Shown here: positions 59,766-64,000 of the stretch, in pieces
Position numbering within the stretch: the stretch's first letter is position 1
How the letters are laid out: every line of letters begins with the position of its first letter
Source of the DNA: Zootoca vivipara
Lineage: Eukaryota
Assembly: GCF_963506605.1 (NCBI RefSeq)
Contig: NC_083281.1
Coordinates: 45,446,001 to 45,510,000 of the forward strand
Length of the DNA stretch: 64,000 bases
Direction: 5' to 3'
The notes under the pieces: generated by a model
Told to the model about the DNA's origin: nothing
Seen by the model: only the letters and a program-made list of their open reading frames with translations
Databases searched by the model: none
Translations under genes and position numbers: made by a program

Positions 59766-60899
59766 TCAGCGAGTCCCCGCGCCACACTGCACTGGTTTAG
59801 CGCAGCGCACGGGGGGCTCATTGAGTGGGCAGCTCGGTTCACGGGCAGTCCGTGGGCCAGATAAACAGCCTTTGTGGGCTTCATTCTCTCATGGGCCGGA
59901 CGTTGCCTACCTATGCTGTATGGTAACATTGGCTCAAAACTGTACTGAAACCTCTGATTTTCAATTCTTGGGTAGATCATTTCTCCAGTAGGACTCCCTT
60001 TTTGCTTTACACTCAGGATCAGCCATGCGCTTCACTGAACACAGACCAAATGAATGAGTAAGAGATTTTCTAGACCTATGTCAGCCAGGATTTAGGCATA
60101 GAAACTGCTTTGGTTACCCTGTATTGTGTCCTGTGTCAAGAGAGAGACAGGGGAAGTGTGTCCCAATGACCCAATCCCAGCTAATTCTCCTTGATCTCTC
60201 AGTGGCTTTCAATACCATTGACCATGGCTACCTGACTTGGGGCTGGGTGGGGGAAAGGACAGAAGTCTTCAAAGGTGTATTCAAAAATGGCCATGCCCAA
60301 CAGAAATTTACAATATCCGTATGAGATGTTTGCAACCAGAACTGGGTGGAAATAGAGCATCTTGGCTGTGAGTCCTGGAAGACCTGCAGGCATTTTTCCG
60401 CCTGGGGTGGGTGGGTGGTGGAGCAACCAGATGCCTTTGGGGAAAGCCCGAATAGGACCCAAGAGCACTTTCCCCACCGATGGTTCCAGCAACTGGCACC
60501 CAGAAGCTTTTCTGCCTCCAACCATGTAGGAAGAGCACAACCATCTTGGTTAATAGCCACTGGTAGCCCTCTCCTCCAGGAATTTGTCGTCTCCTCTTTT
60601 AAAGCCCTACAGCTTAGTGTCCCTAACTGCCTTCCGCAGGAGTGAGTGCCATAGTTTATGTTCCGAAAAAAAACCTTTTCTCTCCCTCCAAAAAAACTTT
60701 CCCCAAATCAGCTTCGTTGGCTGGTGTTGTGGTGGAGAAAAACTTCCCCGCTCCCCGCACAAATTGTTTCAACTTCTTTTAGAACGTCGCGAAGTTCCGC
60801 CGCCCACCCCCTGCCCATCATGGGTGCTCCTCCACGAAAGGTCCCACTCCCAATGTTGTAACCTTGTGGCTTTTGGTCGTCATCCTCGGTTAGTGGGAT

Positions 60900-61560
60900 G
60901 GTGGATAGGCGTAGGGAGGGAGTAAGGCGGCAAGCGCGGCGCTGCGTGGCGCCCTGAGACCAATGGGGACGGGGCGTGTCCGCGCCTCTCGCTTAAGTAC
61001 TCCTTGGGAAGCCTGGGCAGCAGCAGCAGCAAGAGGAGCAGGTGCCTGGCTCAGTGCTGTAGAAGCCGTCGGAGGAACTGCTGCGCCGGCGCCGCCCTCG
61101 AGGATTTCGCTGCCCAGCCATGGCTCCTTCCCCACAGCAGACCCGCGCGCACAAACGCGCCGAGATACAGCAGCGCTGCGCGGCGGGCGAGTGCTTGGTG
61201 CTGGTGGGTCCCCGCCGCGTCTACGACCTGTCGGCCTTCGTGCGGCTCCACCCGGGCGGGCCGGAGCTGCTCCTCCAGCGGGCCGGCACCGACGTGAGCG
61301 CCGAGCTGGACGGGCCGCCGCACCGGCACTCGGAGAACGCGCGCCGCTGGCTCGAGCAGTATTACGTGGGCGACCTCGACGACAACGACGCGCAGCAGCA
61401 ACAAGAGGTAACGCGGGCGCCTCCTCGAAAGCTTTCGCCATTCTTGGCTACGGGACAGGCAGGAATCCAACCGGGAAAGCCGCCGCCGCCGCCGGGCAGC
61501 TAGTTCTTTCGGAGGGGTAAATCAGTGGGTCGGGGACGGGCGCGCGGATTACAAACCCCA
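60900..61560 (+). promoter_or_regulatory. FA2H CpG-island promoter
   Basis: Dense CpG; CCAAT box 60960-60964, GGGGCGTG Sp/KLF box at about 60971, weak TATA-like CTTAAG at about 60992, upstream of ATG 61120. Confidence 0.8.
61120..61407 (+). CDS. FA2H: FA2H (fatty acid 2-hydroxylase) exon 1, cytochrome b5 heme-binding domain; 3'-partial gene
   Basis: gccATGG Kozak context; [51 protein letters not shown]|gtaacg, phase 0; HPGG heme motif; follows WDR59 on the same strand as in human. Confidence 0.95.
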
Positions 61561-64000
61561 GACATAATTAAACATACTCTTCCTTTGTGGATGTTGAGTG
61601 GGGGGAGTGCCTGAAGAAAAACAAGGGGGCGTCTATCTCTGGGTAGCCTGGAAAGCCAAGTTGTGGCTGCCAGGCACGTCCACAGGTGTTCAGCGAGCTG
61701 GGGGCATCATCATCATAACCACCATCATTGCAGTGAGGTGTCTGTGTAGCAGCACCTGCTGCCCCAGGTACACCCAGGTGGAACCATCAGCTGAGGGAAC
61801 CTGAGCAGTCCAGGGGGAAAGAGTTTTGCTCTTGGCTGTAGCCAGGGTTTGTGGGGGGGGGCAGGACACCCCCTCTCCGTCACCATCCTCTGTCTGGCTC
61901 TGTCTAGCAGGTTCTAAACGAAATGTCTCAACAACATTTGTTACATTCTTTTGACACCAAGTGTTCAGAAAAAATCTCTCAAAATCTTCTTATGATTTCT
62001 ACTTTTAGTTAAGTATTTTTTTATTTATTTACTTGATTTAGTGGGGGGGGTAAGCTGCCCTCCCTACCCACTGGCTACACCCACGGTTGTGCTCTCATTG
62101 AATGGGGGAGGGGGAGGTCTGAGGGGGGGGGGAGAATGAACCCTCCTCTCTCATCCCCATCCTTTGATATTTTCCCTCCAATTTAGCCAATATTTCCCCT
62201 CCAGTTTAGCCAAATTGTGCCCCCCCCACTCCGAGAAGCAAGAGCTAAAGGGGCGGCTATCCCAAACGGCAACCAAAAGGGCTGGTCTGGTCTGGTCTGG
62301 CCTAGCCTGACCCCCCTCTGGCCTTCCTGTAATTTGAGCGTGGCTGGATGTGCATCTTTCACAACCCTGGAAGAGCCCTGCGTTGAAGCAGGCAGGTTTA
62401 CTGGCAATGGGCAGTGCCTGTACTGTACTGGGGCTGTCATGCCCCCTTTCCCAGTGGGGTGTGTTTGTGTGTGCTGGTTGAGCAATGCAGCAGGTGAAGA
62501 GCAGGAATGTGCTTTTACACGACTGCTCATTCCATTTTTGAAACATCACCCTAACTGCTTATTTCCACATTTTATTTGAGCTTTCTCACGAGCCTCTTTC
62601 GGAACTACCATATAGTGGAGCGTAGCGCAAGTTTGGTGCTCATTTCCATATTGCTTGCAAAATGATTGTTTCTGGAAGCAAATGGCATGGAATACTGTAC
62701 CAAACTTGCACTATGTTGCAGTTCCAGAAGAGGCTTTTGTGTCCTATGAAAGCTCAGATATAATGTAGCAAAGGTGTGTTTTCGTGCGAGGTGAGGTGCC
62801 GTGGAAAAAGCAACAACCAGACTGCTAAATGAATTGGAGAGTTGGAAGGGATCCCAGGGAGTCATCCAGCCCAAACCCCCGAATGCCGCCCTAGAGCTCC
62901 AGTTGGGGCTTGAAAACCCAGCTGAGCTTGGCTGTGCCTCGAGAGCACACTCCTCTAGTGACAGTAGCTATAAACAGGGCATTTGTTGATCAGGACCTCC
63001 TGTGCCCTTGGGAAACTTTACGGTTGGCTGTGAAAGAATGTGCATTACTAACTTGTGGAATTCACCTGGGCAGGTTGTTATGCGCTGAAGGGTTAGAAAA
63101 CTCAAAAGGCTCTCCCTGCTCCCACTGCTGTCACCCACCTCACCCCAGATCCCTCAGCATGGCGGATGGTTGGGGATAGTGGTCAAGCAACATTCGGAGG
63201 TCCTCTCCTCCCCACCATGCACCAGAGACACCAGAGAGACTTTTTGTCTTATAATGTTGGGACACGTGCTTGCACTTTCGCAGCGAGTGAGGTCCCCGTT
63301 CTGCACCTTTGATTTGCCGACGTCTATGGGGTGTGTGCAAGGAAGGCGCTTTTGAGGACAATGACTGTCTGTTGTTACGAAGGAGTGGTGCTTATCAAAT
63401 GATATGTAATGCATGATTCTGCTTGTCTCCTTGTCTCTCCTCCCTATTGTAGGTCATATGCCTAGTCCCTTAGTAAGTATTCAGTCTCTTAGGGCCATGA
63501 TTGAAATGATGAGATAAACTTTGCCACAGTGTATGTGCTTCACACTAAAGAGAGGTAGCTCCCCAGCGAGGCTGTGCTTTTGAGTAGAAGACCAGCATTC
63601 TTCTACTTGCTGCTTTCCGTTCTTGTCATTTTCCTGCTGAAGATCACACCCCCTAGACTGCTTTGCTCAGTGAGAGAGTCCCCTTGCCATGATAAAAAGT
63701 ACCTTTGGGAGGGTGCATGAAAACACCCACACAAAGAAAACATACCACCACAAGTTTTTATTTTTCACAAAAGCAGCAAAAAAAGAGGATCGTTTTGGTG
63801 TGTGATTTTGATCTGAGAAAATGGCTCTTTCTCCACCCACCCATGCTGATTTTTCTGCTCAGGTCTGCAGCCTTCTGGGGCAGATTTATCTTTGTATACA
63901 TTTGCTAAATAAATAAATGGGGGGGGGGGAGAGTGACCTGCTGCTATGAAGCTCGTCCTCTTGGTTAATTTAGCGTTGGTTGCCTTTAGGGCACAGGTGA

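Noticed and set aside
59416-59991. 191-aa ORF with an internal repeat
   Set aside because: Explained by a 156-bp (frame-preserving) tandem duplication in a repeat remnant.
60890-61520. 185-aa and 183-aa ORFs overlapping FA2H exon 1
   Set aside because: Ala/Arg/Pro-rich shadow frames of a CpG island; the true frame is the cytochrome b5 domain.
1-64000. CRISPR arrays or prokaryotic defence systems
   Set aside because: The sequence is eukaryotic with spliceosomal introns, and no repeat-spacer arrays are present.

Overview
Vertebrate genomic DNA, almost certainly a squamate reptile (Sauria SINE, BovB, CR1, L2 and Rex/Babar content; a lacertid lizard is plausible). The + strand carries coding exons 3-26 of WDR59 (GATOR2 subunit, 2177-35654). 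All introns are GT-AG and the 2809 nt of exons splice into one open frame; exons 1-2 lie upstream of the window. A 57-nt in-frame cassette exon sits at 21694-21750 and a poly(A) signal at 36808. Exon 1 and the CpG-island promoter of FA2H are at about 60.9-61.5 kb, on the same strand and in the same order as in human. The most interesting signal is a decayed, intron-containing GEMIN4-like gene. It starts right after the WDR59 stop codon, so it forms most of the WDR59 3' UTR, and it continues through three downstream exons to 39901. This call rests on by-eye alignment to the human GEMIN4 sequence recalled from memory and needs a database search. The rest is transposon-rich: SINEs with unusually long target-site duplications, multi-layer nested insertions, a full-length 1.87-kb RT-less L1-mobilised element, a solo LTR, and a Tc1/mariner element carrying a GC-rich higher-order tandem array. 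Exon numbers and human comparisons are from memory; no searches were run.
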